Positions 19,610 through 30,066 of a stretch of 64,000 bases of DNA are shown here, piece by piece. The first letter of the stretch is position 1; every line of letters begins with the position of its first letter. Origin of the DNA: Candidatus Poribacteria bacterium (GTDB lineage Bacteria; Poribacteria; WGA-4E; PCPOR2b); contig OZ242351.1 in assembly GCA_965208675.1 (NCBI GenBank), positions 1,088,001 through 1,152,000 on the forward strand, given 5' to 3'. Both the position numbers and the translations under genes were made by a program. The notes beneath the pieces were generated by a model. It was given only the letters and a program-made list of their open reading frames with translations, searched no databases and was not told where the DNA came from.

Positions 19610-20401
19610 CTACACGAACGCCCGGAGGCAGTCGTCGTCGAGCTGACGCAGCGGCGTAAAGTCGCGGTTGTTGTGATGCCAAGCGCGTTCGGTGCCGGTG
19701 CACACGTTGCTGACAGCGTTGTAGTTAAGGTACATGATCGCCCGCCGCCACGGCGAGACATTGTTCGCCGAACCGTGTAGCAGGTTGCAGTGGACAAATG
19801 CCACCGATCCTGCGGAGCCTACCAGCGCGTCAATGCCGTTTTCGTCAGCGTATAGTTTCATTGTGTCTTGATCGATGTGGTACAGGGAATAGCCGCTCCC
19901 CTTTGCGTCCACGTGCAGGCTTGAGTCCAGCGTACCGAGGCGGTGCGTACCCGGTACAACGAGGAGAGGCGACTTGGCAGCCGTGCAATCGTCGATAAAC
20001 ACCGATGCCATGATGCAGCGCGGTTCTTGCATGCCGTCGATGACTTTCCACGGCGGGTAATCCTGATGCCAGTCCCAAGCAGATCCCTTGCCGAGTCCGT
20101 ATTTCGGATTGATACGGCTCTGATGAAGGTACACATCATCCTTAAGTATTTGGCGCACCGGGTTCAGTATGCGCGGCAGCAGCGAAAGGCGCCGGAACGG
20201 TTCCGAATACACGTGCGCCCCGAAGACTAACTTCGCCGCGTCCGAATCATCCTTCTCACGCACCACCTCCAGTCCCTGCCGATTAAGAATCTCCGGCATG
20301 GCTTCCTGAAGAGTCTTCACCTCGTTCTCGCCCAGTAATCCGGGAAAGAACAGGTAACCCTGCTCCTCAAACTCCGCAATCTGCGCATCGCTAAGTTGCA
20401 T
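19610..20401 (-). CDS. PhyH-family dioxygenase, ectoine/proline hydroxylase-like subgroup
   Basis: 'VYLHQSRINPK', 'WDWHQD', 'VPGTH' and 'HGSANNVSPWRR'. The substrate cannot be determined from sequence. Confidence 0.75.
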   Translation of the reverse strand: MQLSDAQIAEFEEQGYLFFPGLLGENEVKTLQEAMPEILNRQGLEVVREKDDSDAAKLVFGAHVYSEPFRRLSLLPRILNPVRQILKDDVYLHQSRINPKYGLGKGSAWDWHQDYPPWKVIDGMQEPRCIMASVFIDDCTAAKSPLLVVPGTHRLGTLDSSLHVDAKGSGYSLYHIDQDTMKLYADENGIDALVGSAGSVAFVHCNLLHGSANNVSPWRRAIMYLNYNAVSNVCTGTERAWHHNNRDFTPLRQLDDDCLRAFV

Positions 20402-20457
20402 TAAACCTTTCCAATTCTCCGAAACTCAAATCCATTTCCGTTAACCGAGTCAACACG

Positions 20458-20855
20458 AGCTGTGACCTCGCCTAAGCCCGCCTTATTAAGGAGGGGAAAG
20501 ATTATTGCTCGTTCTTGTAGGTTGGGTTAAGCGGTATTAACGAAAACACGTACGCATGCCGGGTGCGTGACGTGTTGTAATAACGTTAAAAATTTGAACT
20601 GATGAAGCGTAACCCAACGCTTTTTGTTTAATGCGAAGCGTATCGTTGACCGATAGTGGTTTCGGACAAGACTATCGCACTCACTATTCGTTCGCTTGAT
20701 CGTTGGGTTACGCTCCGCGTGTTTTGGAAGCCGCGTCGTAGGGTAATCGGAACGGAATCCCACCCATGACTGCTTTCGGATTTTCCCGCTTAACCCAACC
20801 TACAAAAGCTGCGACCTCCCCTAAGCCCGCCTTAACAAGGAGGGGAATGATTATT
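20458..20855. repeat. Composite REP/REPIN-like element: nested inverted repeats between two 49-bp direct repeats
   Basis: Outer perfect 20-bp IR TTGTAGGTTGGGTTAAGCGG (20515-20534 / 20786-20805). Inner perfect 14-bp IR AGCGTAACCCAACG (20606-20619 / 20701-20714). Flanking direct repeats at 20458-20506 and 20807-20855. Confidence 0.75.
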
Positions 20856-20910
20856 CGTTTTACCGACAAGGCGCATCCACCGTAGGAGAGGCATCCCATA
20901 TTTCCCTGAC

Positions 20911-23880
20911 TTATACTTTCGCGTTCAATTCCTCTACCAACAACTGCGGATCTCTACACACATGAAACGCCCACTGACCGAGTTGGCCCCAATTGTTGAC
21001 CGCGGACACCCACCGTTCGGCACCGGCATATTTTGCGTGCTCCTTGTCGGTTTCAAACCCCTTAATCTCCAAGATTAGATTGACTTCGTTCTTGAGCCGC
21101 ACGATAAAGTCCGGCTCGAAGTTGTGAGAAACACCGGTATACTCATACGGAATGCTAAGTCCGAGATGATCGTTGCGGACATAGTAGTCTACGACGTCAG
21201 ACTGCTCTAGCCGAAAGGTCGCCGAACGCTCCCAAGCCTCGGTATCAAGAACCACCTGATTCACATGGCTGCGTTCCGTGCCGTGGCAATAACGAGTGGT
21301 CATGAAGTCCACATCCGCCGATGTGCCGAAAGGTTTGTACCGGTTCAGAATTGGCAGCAGCGGTGGTTCGCCCTGCGTTTCGTCCGGTTGGATTGCCGCG
21401 ATAAGCCGTTCTACGACGCGGGTTACATACTTTTCTTGCCCTAGCTCGCATGGGTTACTTTCACGAAAATCGACTTTCCACTCTACGTAAGCATCGACCA
21501 ACCGGTACACCTGCGGGAACAACCGGTGCCGCGATTGTAAGCGAAGCGCGGTGTGGCTGTTCGGATTCGGATGCGTCTTGCTGTCCCCGACCAAATCTCG
21601 GACAATCCGCCGCGAAATCTCAAACTTAATGGCTTGAATGTGCGTGGTCTGATAGTACGCTTCGCGGTCCTGTAGTATGGCTTCACCCGGACCCAATGTA
21701 GACGGTGTACCCGTTTCATAGCCAACCGCAGGTTTGACATAAACGGCAGTCGGTGTAAGCTCTGGTTCAATTAACAACTGCGGCATCGCTTTAATATCCG
21801 CCTTAATCTCGTTCTTCTTTAGTGCAAAGGCGTATCCCTCAACGATGGGAAATCGAATCTCGTAACCCGCTCGCTCCGATAATGCGCGAACATGGTTCTT
21901 GGGTTTGTCCTCCTTCTCCGACTTACCCCGCGGGCGCCCTTTGAACGGAATCACCGAAAACGGGATGCCGTACACATCAACGTATTCTTCGGTCAGCAAC
22001 CCCGTTTCTGGATTTGGGGTGTAGTTCATTCGCCGCAGACCGCGCCCAACCACCTGTTCACACAGTAACTGGCTGGTGAACGCCCGAAGCCCGAGGATGT
22101 GCGTAACGTTCTGGGCATCCCACCCCTCGTTTAACATCGCCACGGACACGACGCACCGCACCTGCTCGCCCGGTTTCCCCCGCTTGCCGATAGTCGCCAC
22201 AATCCGCCGTAACTCTTCAGCCGCCTCCGACCCCTTCTTTGTCGAGTCGGCACTTTCTGCCTCAGCCAACTTTTTGCTGTCAATTCGGAGCGTTCGTAAC
22301 ATGCCTTCTTGGTTGGACAGCAGTTCGGGAAACACCGAACCCTGGGTGTACGCTGTCTTCGTCCGCTTCTTCTTTTTCGCCTTCCCTCCGTTTTCCCCGA
22401 CGATTTCAACCTCTTCTTCGCCGGATATTTTGCGGAAGAACATCTCCGCAATGTCGGTATTGTCGCAGACAATTATCATGACGGGCGGCGTCTTGTCTTT
22501 GGCGTCCGACGCCTCCTGAATGTATTCGTAGCGCTCCTTCCATTGGCTAGCGAGAGTTCTAAGCGCGTCTTCGGCATGTAAATACACAGCCTCCGGTTTC
22601 GGTTTTTTCCCCCTGCCCGGCAAAAACTCGGAAGGTTCGAGCTGATCGTTCACCGCGCGCCAGAGCCTGAAGTATTTCGGCTCGGGACGACCGGTGGTAT
22701 CGCTTACTGGCAATCGAGGGATTTTTGTGATACCGCTCTCAATAGCATCAACCAATCCGAAATCGCTGACGAGCCACGGGAACGGGGTGCCTTCCGGGTG
22801 ACCGCTGCCTTGTATGTAGAACGGTGTAGCGGAGAGATCGACGCAAAACCGAACGCCGCACGACCGGTTAATCGTGTCCAAACCGGTAACCCAGACGGTG
22901 GCGTCTCGGTTTTCGCTTTTTTCAGCGGCGGACAGTTTCTCATCGGTGGGAGCGGGCCGGTACGCATGATGCCCCTCGTCGTTCAACACCATAATTGGCG
23001 CGCGGTCATAGAGTTCGCCCAACACGCGCTGTGCAAAAGCGTCCGGTGTCTCTTCACCCTTATCCACGACGCCATAAGTAGAACCGCCTTCGCTGTGCGG
23101 CGACTCCGGCGCGAATTGATGCCAGTTGGTCACCAACACCTTCCCGCTGTTGAGCAGCGGACGGAGTTTGGTCGGGATAAGCTCAAATTCATCGTAGTAG
23201 TTTTCCGGCGATTCCGGCCGCAGCACCTGAAGCCGTTCCTTAATCGTCAAGTTCGGGCATACGATGAGCGCCGCCCTTGGGAATCGCTCATCGGAGGACA
23301 CCTTCCCGCGGTTGCAGAACGCCCAGGCAATCAACATCGCCATTACCACCGTCTTGCCGCTGCCGGTCGCCATCTTGCACCCGTAACGAATCAATGCCGG
23401 GAGGTCTTCTATGTCAGACGTGTCAACCAGCTTGTTGAGATCGTCATCGCTGAATTCAGGCTTAAAGGCGGTGCGTTTCCTCGCGCGGCGAATCTCGGCG
23501 AGCCAGATTATCGTCTCAACCGCTTCGCGCTGGCAGAAAAACAGCCGCGGTTCTCTATCTTCGCGCGTCCAGTGGTGCAGCAGTTCCCGCGTCACATTCG
23601 TCGCATTTCGATAATTCGATTCCCGCCACCGCCTAACGTCGCTGCGCAGGAAATTTACCAACGGCAGGTCATCCCGTTCCTCTTCTTGAAAGATTTCGAG
23701 TTGTTGACTGCCTGTGCGCTGCGTCTTATACCAGTACCCCGCCTCACGCCGCCCCCGATGCCTGTTCGCTTCGCCGGATTCCGTATCGTAAACCCAATGC
23801 GCGTGCGGTTCATCGTATGGACTGCACAGGATGGGCTGTTCAACGGGTTGGATTGGGATGTCGAGTTGGTTTTGGTTCAT
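20911..23880 (-). CDS. Type III restriction-modification Res subunit (SF2 helicase + PD-(D/E)xK nuclease)
   Basis: Walker A 'MATGSGKT', 'NDEGHH', 'SATP', 'EQVVGRGLRR' and C-terminal 'PDFIV...ILEIKG'. Confidence 0.9.
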   Translation of the reverse strand: MNQNQLDIPIQPVEQPILCSPYDEPHAHWVYDTESGEANRHRGRREAGYWYKTQRTGSQQLEIFQEEERDDLPLVNFLRSDVRRWRESNYRNATNVTRELLHHWTREDREPRLFFCQREAVETIIWLAEIRRARKRTAFKPEFSDDDLNKLVDTSDIEDLPALIRYGCKMATGSGKTVVMAMLIAWAFCNRGKVSSDERFPRAALIVCPNLTIKERLQVLRPESPENYYDEFELIPTKLRPLLNSGKVLVTNWHQFAPESPHSEGGSTYGVVDKGEETPDAFAQRVLGELYDRAPIMVLNDEGHHAYRPAPTDEKLSAAEKSENRDATVWVTGLDTINRSCGVRFCVDLSATPFYIQGSGHPEGTPFPWLVSDFGLVDAIESGITKIPRLPVSDTTGRPEPKYFRLWRAVNDQLEPSEFLPGRGKKPKPEAVYLHAEDALRTLASQWKERYEYIQEASDAKDKTPPVMIIVCDNTDIAEMFFRKISGEEEVEIVGENGGKAKKKKRTKTAYTQGSVFPELLSNQEGMLRTLRIDSKKLAEAESADSTKKGSEAAEELRRIVATIGKRGKPGEQVRCVVSVAMLNEGWDAQNVTHILGLRAFTSQLLCEQVVGRGLRRMNYTPNPETGLLTEEYVDVYGIPFSVIPFKGRPRGKSEKEDKPKNHVRALSERAGYEIRFPIVEGYAFALKKNEIKADIKAMPQLLIEPELTPTAVYVKPAVGYETGTPSTLGPGEAILQDREAYYQTTHIQAIKFEISRRIVRDLVGDSKTHPNPNSHTALRLQSRHRLFPQVYRLVDAYVEWKVDFRESNPCELGQEKYVTRVVERLIAAIQPDETQGEPPLLPILNRYKPFGTSADVDFMTTRYCHGTERSHVNQVVLDTEAWERSATFRLEQSDVVDYYVRNDHLGLSIPYEYTGVSHNFEPDFIVRLKNEVNLILEIKGFETDKEHAKYAGAERWVSAVNNWGQLGQWAFHVCRDPQLLVEELNAKV

Positions 23881-23889
23881 GCAGGCTCC

Positions 23890-24999
23890 TTATGGTTCTG
23901 GGTAATCAGTTGTGTGTCGCGCTCTCCAATTCTTTACAAACTCTGAATCGTGCTTTTCCAATAGCTCCAGGCATTTGTCCTTTACGTCAGATGGCAAATT
24001 TTGATCGTGAACAGTAAGAATCTCCTTTATACCCATGGGTTCATTTAAGATATCCAAATGTTCGGCTAATTCCACTAAGGCACTACGGCTAGCATTTTCG
24101 AAATGGGGTATAGCTCGTCTCAGAATAGAAACCGAGTTTTTCACATCCAAACTGGCACTTACCCGAGCAAATGAACACACTGTCTCAGTTAGCAATAAAT
24201 CCTTATGTTTGGGATTTTCTGTAATTAAACGGTTGAGGAATTCTCGAAGTCCTTGATAGCATGCTTGCATGTGTAGGCGTCCGAGAAGATCTACGAAGTC
24301 ACGTAGACGATGTGCCTCAAAATCGACATAAGCATCTGAATCAACAGTAAGATTTAATAATCCCAGTATGGGGAAAATCACTTGTTGTGATTGCCTCGAA
24401 ACTAAAACGTGAGCCGCCTTGTATCTGAGTTCTAGGTCGTATTCTTCATCGTCAAACACATCTAAGAGTGCTTCGTCTCGTAATACCGTAATGTCGCGGG
24501 GATAGCGCCTGTGGTTTTCCAAGACTATCTCTTCTAACCTGTAAGCCGCGTTTTCTTTTTCTGATTCCCTGAATTGATTTTTCTGTATCTCTAACTCTTT
24601 TAGGCCTTCCTTGAATCCGCTTAGGTGCTTTTCAACATTATTCGCTATTAGCGATTTAAGTCCAAACCAAAACGCTATTCCAAGCGCAGACACGATGGTT
24701 AGGAAAAATACACCCCATTCTCTCATCTGTTCATCATTGGTGTCCCGCAACTCTCTTTCGAATTTGCCAAACTCTGCATCAATAAGTTTCGCTTTGACAT
24801 CCGTATAATTTTTAGCAAGGGCCATCTTTTCAATATTTTCGACAATCTTAAGTTGCTTTTCGAGTTCTGACACTCGTTTCTTGAGATCTTCGATTTCCTG
24901 CGCTGATTGCTGCGAGGTCTGATTCTGTTGGGGGGATACCGGGGGTGGTGTTACGCCGACTAACGCCCCTAGTAATAAGCATACTATGAATATTTTCAT
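23890..24999 (-). CDS. Hypothetical membrane protein (signal peptide, coiled coil, one TM helix, helical C-terminal domain)
   Basis: 369-aa ORF with hydrophobic N-terminus, heptad-like 'IEDLKKRVSELEKQLK' and TM 'WGVFFLTIVSALGIAFWFGL'. Lower GC than the flanking genes. Confidence 0.7.
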   Translation of the reverse strand: MKIFIVCLLLGALVGVTPPPVSPQQNQTSQQSAQEIEDLKKRVSELEKQLKIVENIEKMALAKNYTDVKAKLIDAEFGKFERELRDTNDEQMREWGVFFLTIVSALGIAFWFGLKSLIANNVEKHLSGFKEGLKELEIQKNQFRESEKENAAYRLEEIVLENHRRYPRDITVLRDEALLDVFDDEEYDLELRYKAAHVLVSRQSQQVIFPILGLLNLTVDSDAYVDFEAHRLRDFVDLLGRLHMQACYQGLREFLNRLITENPKHKDLLLTETVCSFARVSASLDVKNSVSILRRAIPHFENASRSALVELAEHLDILNEPMGIKEILTVHDQNLPSDVKDKCLELLEKHDSEFVKNWRARHTTDYPEP

Positions 25000-25128
25000 T
25001 TTCTAGCCCTTATCCTCATCTCGCTCGCCGTGCATTGCCAAATCCATGGCACATCATTGAAAACTCGCTTGGATTTGTCAATCCAAGGGGAGCGGTACTA
25101 ACTTAGTCTCAGGGGGCAAAATTTCCAA

Positions 25129-26496
25129 TTAACCATCTTTTGTGGCCGATTTTTGCGGTATGATTTCTCTGATTACTTGTTGTACAGGGCTTCTGCTGTC
25201 AGGACCGGTCACCTTGGTTGGCAAGTAGCCGGTCTGATTCGCGTCGAATATAGCCTCGGTGGCGGCTAGTAGCACGGCATCGCGTGTTTCCCGGTTGTCC
25301 CCTGCTGCGGCGACGAACGTATCGAAAGTCGCAAGCGCATTCTGCCGATGAGTATTAATGACCTCTAAGTGTTTCTGGGCGGTATAGTTCTTAATCGAAC
25401 GATTAAGCCAAAGATAGATGGGAGAAAGTAAAAGCCCCTTCGCAAAAAGATTTTGCAATGCTGCGGTAAACTGAGTGCCTTGAGGGCTAAGGTTTGTATG
25501 TAACCAATAGAAAAACCCGAAGAACGCGATCGTAGCCACACCCGTCATTATGAGCCAAATCCTAGCTACCCCTTTGTGCTTTTCAGCCTGATCTGAAAAA
25601 ATCGTTTTGTGATGGGAAACTGATTTATCGGCCAGCGAATTTTGTATGTCAAGCTTTAGTTTCTCAAATTCTTGTTGCCTTTTGGCTTCCTGTTTCTCGA
25701 ACTCTTCGTTGTTTCGTTTACTTGTGCTAGTTTCCGCAGTCATTTGGTCTAAGGCTTTTGCAACCGTAGCATTGACATTGTTTTCAAGCTGATTGACTTT
25801 CCTTGAAGACAGAAAAGCTGAAATGTTTCGTAAGGATTCCTTCGCAGAATCACAAAACTGAGAAATTCTCTCCAGAAGTTGAGCATGTGCCTCTCGTGGA
25901 TTTTCGTCACTAATATCGAAATCCTCAATCTCTTCCACTGTCGCGTAAAACTGTCGTAAGTTCTGGCTAATGATATCTAGTTCGTTCCACGACAAATTCA
26001 GCAGTGATTCACGTGAAGAAGTCAAGACATCTTGAAACATTCCGTGTACCATTAACAAATTTGGATGCGGGAATTCGAAGCTAAATCCAGCCCCCGACAA
26101 ATCGGACCGATTTAACTCTTGAAAGTTGATTTCAGCTAGGTTAAGCCTTCTCAGCAAGTCGATATATCCCAGATTCGTTGCTTTGACGGACTGGAGACGG
26201 GAAAGAATTGTCTCAGGATCATTTGAAGTAACAAGTTGTTCATTTTCATCCCCTCGCTCCCATATTTCGACCATTGGATTTTCTGTGGCATCGCCCACCA
26301 TTTCAATATCATACGTCTTCGTGTTTTCAAAATCCGCGAGGTACCATATGGCCGCATCTTGCCACGTTAGTAGGCTATTAGAAAGCAAGACATTCTTTGT
26401 TTTGAATTCTTTTTGTAGGTTAGACCAGTCATTCCTGTCCCAAACCTGCCGAAACCTTGGCAAATCCAAATTAAAAAGCTTTTTTCTTTCTGCCAT
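25129..26496 (-). CDS. Hypothetical coiled-coil protein with two C-terminal TM helices
   Basis: Long ORF with ATG at 26496 after GGGAG. TM segments 'IWLIMTGVATIAFFGFFYWL' and 'LFAKGLLLSPIYLWL'. Confidence 0.7.
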   Translation of the reverse strand: MAERKKLFNLDLPRFRQVWDRNDWSNLQKEFKTKNVLLSNSLLTWQDAAIWYLADFENTKTYDIEMVGDATENPMVEIWERGDENEQLVTSNDPETILSRLQSVKATNLGYIDLLRRLNLAEINFQELNRSDLSGAGFSFEFPHPNLLMVHGMFQDVLTSSRESLLNLSWNELDIISQNLRQFYATVEEIEDFDISDENPREAHAQLLERISQFCDSAKESLRNISAFLSSRKVNQLENNVNATVAKALDQMTAETSTSKRNNEEFEKQEAKRQQEFEKLKLDIQNSLADKSVSHHKTIFSDQAEKHKGVARIWLIMTGVATIAFFGFFYWLHTNLSPQGTQFTAALQNLFAKGLLLSPIYLWLNRSIKNYTAQKHLEVINTHRQNALATFDTFVAAAGDNRETRDAVLLAATEAIFDANQTGYLPTKVTGPDSRSPVQQVIREIIPQKSATKDG

Positions 26497-26572
26497 GAAA
26501 ACTCCCAACCCTCCCAATCGTAATATTTTTGAGACTTCAGTGCTTGATATACCTTTTTACGATTGCATTACA

Positions 26573-29530
26573 TCAGTATCCCTGCTCATCGAAATTGTGG
26601 ACGCGCATGACTTCATTCCCGCGGGGGTCGATGACTTTGACGGCGACGCGTTGATGTTCGCCCGCGGGAAACGGCAAGGAGGTCGTGCCGCTGAAACTCT
26701 CAAAACGCTCCTCGTCAATAACGCCATTGAGGGCACGGGCAATTTTGCTCCAGGCTTTCTTGTCGGGAAAAAACGCTTGGGTAATGCAGAATGTCCTGCC
26801 GTCGTAGTCGCTGTCAATAAACCAGGCTGCTACCTGATCGGCGTCCGCGGGACTAACCGTGTTCTCCACCGGATTGTAAACGTCCACCCCCTCCATCCTG
26901 ACGATATATTCTCCATCCTCCAACGTTTCGATTGTCGTGCGCGGCGCGCCGAACACCGTGAACAGTTGACTCGAAGGCGTCTCCTTGAGTAAATCTCCCA
27001 TCGCCACGTCAGGGGTAATGAGCGCCATGTGAATTCGAATTCTCGAATTGGGATCTTCTTGAATAGCAGCCTGTGCTGCGCCGTCAAATCCGAAGCCCGC
27101 GAAGACCAAATCGTCGTACCCGCGTCGAAATGCAATTCGTATGCAGTCTTCAACCTGCATCGCCGTCACGGGACCGTGTTGAGGTCCAAACGCAACCGCA
27201 ATCCGGCATTCAGCAGTGTCATCTACCCAACTTCCTTCGGCGTGAAGGCTCTCACCTTCAAGCGGTTCAAGTGACGCGAATTTCATCCGCGTGTTGTTCG
27301 GAAAACTCACACCGTCATGTCTTAGCAGGCGTAGCATCTGATCCAGATACGCCTCGGCATTGGTGGGTTCGTGTTCCACATCCCCAGTTTCGAATGTATC
27401 CAAGTCATCCTCTGGTTCACCGCCAATCGGTGAATCAACGAAGAGCGATTCCTCGGCTGGCTGTACCGCCTCGACAGTGAAAGGACCGCTCACCCGCAGT
27501 TTCTTTGTGTCCACTTTTGGTTGATCGACCAATTCCTCGTTGTCGGCAGACGCGGCGATACACACATTCACGTCATCCATCTTCGCCCGCCACGCCTCGC
27601 GGTAATCGGTTAAAGCAACCTTTAAATCCGCGGTCCAAACGGGATCTGTATCAAACGGTACTTCCCACTCGTTCCATTGTCCTGCCGGTAATTCCCAGCG
27701 CCGCCGGTCGGCATCGGTGACGGCTTTTTTGCCCTCGCGTCGCTGTTTTTCTGCCAGCTTGGAGCGCAATACGGCGCGAGTCTCTGGAGTCACCGTCCCT
27801 AAAGCGCGGTTCAGTGTTTCCAGTTTGTCTTTGAGAATCGGTTCATATTTTGCTACGATGGGGTCAAGCGCTGTGTTTTGGGCGATGCTCTTGAGGGTAA
27901 TATGCGGAACGGTTCTGTTGATGAATCCGGCGGCGACGCCTTTCGATTCGTTCTTGAGTTGGTAGTATTTGAAGGTTCCTGTCAGTATACGCTGACGAGC
28001 AAGAGCGACCGCGACGCGGCTAGTATCAATGGTTATCCATCGTCTCCCCCACTGCTCTGCGACGCAAGCGGTGGTGCCACCTCCACAAGTTGGATCGAGT
28101 ACGAGATCGCCCGGGCCGGTCGTCATATGGAGAAGGCGTTCAATGATTTTAGTTGAAGTTTGGACAGCGTAATTAGGATGCGATTCGCCTGATGTGTCGT
28201 CCCAAAAGTTATTTATTCTCCTTCGTGGAATATCCTCCCAAAAAACAAAAGCACTTAACCTTCCACCATCGGACAAATTTAATCGTTGGGCTTTCTCCAG
28301 GCGTAGGATTTCTCCAGGACCAAATGCCCACTGGGCATTTGGTCCTGGAGAAATCTGGCGATTGCGCAGAATTAATGCACCACTCCGAGTATCACTAGGG
28401 TGTTGGCTTATTACACGATCGGCAGATTTGCACCACTTGCCACCTTCATCCAAAAGTTGTGTTTCCTCGGCGTCGGTTGAAGGTGTAATCAGGTCTCCGT
28501 GGATTGTCAGAACTCGATTGAATGTTTTGTCATTAGGACGCCGAATCTGGTCCGTCATGGTCCGGTAAAGGGTATGTAGCTTCGCATCTGATATATTCTT
28601 GACGTAATGCAATATGTAATCGTTGATTGCATTACCGGGCGTTGTGAAGTTCTTCTTTTTGAATACAATGGCAGCAAATGAATTTTCATTCCCAAACACC
28701 TCATCCATCAGACTCCGCACCCGATGGACGTTTTCGTCGCTAATCTGCACAAAGATGCTCCCACTGTCGGTTAACAGGTCCCTTGCGACAATCAGACGGT
28801 CGCGCAGATATGCGAGGTAGGAGTGAACGCCGAGCGTCCACGTGTCGCGGTAGGCTTTAATCTGTTCCCGTTCGCGCGTTAGGTCGCTCTCCTTGTCCTT
28901 CACATCTTTTTGAAAAACGGTGGGCTGGAAGTTTGAGCGGTAGTTGATTCCGTATGGTGGATCGATGTAAATCATCTGTACTTTCCCGGCGAGGTCTTCG
29001 CGGTGCGCCAGCGAACTCATCACGGTCAGGCTGTCACCCAAGATGAGGCGGTTCGACCAATCTACGTCGTGTTGGTAGGATTGCACCACTTCGTGGTACG
29101 CCTGTTGCGGGTCGGCGAACAGTTCGCGCTGCACATCTTCCCGCTGCGCCGCCTTCACGATAGCCTGTGCGCTCACGCGCTCGTGGATATGCAACGCCAC
29201 CGGATCGACGGCAAACGAGTTTGCCTCCTGTTTCCCCGCCCATTCTAGCCACGGGTCGTGGTGCCGCAACGCCGCCGCGAGGATTTGTACCTCCTCGGCG
29301 GAAAGCGGTTCACGCTGCGCCTTTTCGAGCAACGCCGGCAGTCGGTCAGCGTCCCCGCTCCCGTCAAATCGCAGAACAGGCGGAAGGTGCGGGTTATAGG
29401 CGTATTCTCGTTTCGGCGTTTCGCGAATCTTCGCATGTGAAGCAATCCCCGCCGGCGGATTATTCTTCCGCGTCGCCTCCTCGTGCCGGTAGTCTTTGAC
29501 TTCTGTATCCTGCCGTTGCTTTCGAGCCAT
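26573..29530 (-). CDS. Type III R-M Mod subunit (adenine-N6 DNA methyltransferase, beta class)
   Basis: Motif IV 'IYIDPPY' precedes the variable target-recognition domain and motif I 'DPTCGGGTT'. Co-oriented with Res. Confidence 0.9.
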   Translation of the reverse strand: MARKQRQDTEVKDYRHEEATRKNNPPAGIASHAKIRETPKREYAYNPHLPPVLRFDGSGDADRLPALLEKAQREPLSAEEVQILAAALRHHDPWLEWAGKQEANSFAVDPVALHIHERVSAQAIVKAAQREDVQRELFADPQQAYHEVVQSYQHDVDWSNRLILGDSLTVMSSLAHREDLAGKVQMIYIDPPYGINYRSNFQPTVFQKDVKDKESDLTREREQIKAYRDTWTLGVHSYLAYLRDRLIVARDLLTDSGSIFVQISDENVHRVRSLMDEVFGNENSFAAIVFKKKNFTTPGNAINDYILHYVKNISDAKLHTLYRTMTDQIRRPNDKTFNRVLTIHGDLITPSTDAEETQLLDEGGKWCKSADRVISQHPSDTRSGALILRNRQISPGPNAQWAFGPGEILRLEKAQRLNLSDGGRLSAFVFWEDIPRRRINNFWDDTSGESHPNYAVQTSTKIIERLLHMTTGPGDLVLDPTCGGGTTACVAEQWGRRWITIDTSRVAVALARQRILTGTFKYYQLKNESKGVAAGFINRTVPHITLKSIAQNTALDPIVAKYEPILKDKLETLNRALGTVTPETRAVLRSKLAEKQRREGKKAVTDADRRRWELPAGQWNEWEVPFDTDPVWTADLKVALTDYREAWRAKMDDVNVCIAASADNEELVDQPKVDTKKLRVSGPFTVEAVQPAEESLFVDSPIGGEPEDDLDTFETGDVEHEPTNAEAYLDQMLRLLRHDGVSFPNNTRMKFASLEPLEGESLHAEGSWVDDTAECRIAVAFGPQHGPVTAMQVEDCIRIAFRRGYDDLVFAGFGFDGAAQAAIQEDPNSRIRIHMALITPDVAMGDLLKETPSSQLFTVFGAPRTTIETLEDGEYIVRMEGVDVYNPVENTVSPADADQVAAWFIDSDYDGRTFCITQAFFPDKKAWSKIARALNGVIDEERFESFSGTTSLPFPAGEHQRVAVKVIDPRGNEVMRVHNFDEQGY

Positions 29531-29594
29531 ATTGGTCTTTCCTTCTCTCAAATCTCAATGTTAGGGATTTGTTACTTGCCAATACCGATTAAAA

Positions 29595-30066
29595 CTAAAA
29601 CGTCCAACCCTCTCTTTCCATTAACCCTTGCAGATTTGTGCAGTCAACCCCAAAATGTTTACAAACATTTGGGATTTTCGGCGCGTTTTCCTTCCACTTT
29701 TCTTCGGTAACAACTCAGCCACGTACAAACTCCGCTTTTGCAATTACGAATGGATCTGCGCACGGACGACCCTTCAAGACATTTTTCCGGTTCACTAACT
29801 CCTGAAAATGCCGAACGGAGAAAATTTTGTTGACGAACAGCATTTCGACTGGTTCAGGCGGGGAAAAAAATGGCACCGTGGTCTTTTGCCCAATCAAATA
29901 TGTGGGAATGGTGTGCTTGAAGTTCTAGTTCTCTGCGGACCTCTCTTACAGAGACAATCTTTCCAATGGCTACCGCTTGATTGAACCTTTCCCAAAAAGT
30001 TGGGAATCGATCAGGATAATAACTGCCAAGTTCTCTGAAGCTGTTCGTGTCAAATACGTAAGCCAT
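29595..30066 (-). pseudogene. DUF4411-like PIN-domain nuclease, disrupted
   Basis: 'YVFDTNSF', 'ADPFVIAKA' and 'VVTEE...KIPNVCKHFG'. There is a frameshift in a 7-nt homopolymer (29864-29870) and an in-frame TGA at 29715-29717. Confidence 0.8.

Noticed and set aside
19610-20401. Assignment as ectD
   Set aside because: The signature deviates (AWDWHQDY rather than FxWHSDFETWH) and ectABC are not adjacent.
22798-23946. 382-aa + strand ORF (also 26126-26992, 15340-15951 and 50405-51043)
   Set aside because: These are antisense shadows of well-supported genes and carry no recognisable motifs.
29715-29717. In-frame TGA in the PIN gene as a second selenocysteine codon
   Set aside because: No hairpin follows it, the site is not a redox motif, and the gene has an independent frameshift. 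A nonsense mutation is simpler. It does show that TGA lesions occur in this window, a caveat for the GGR claim.
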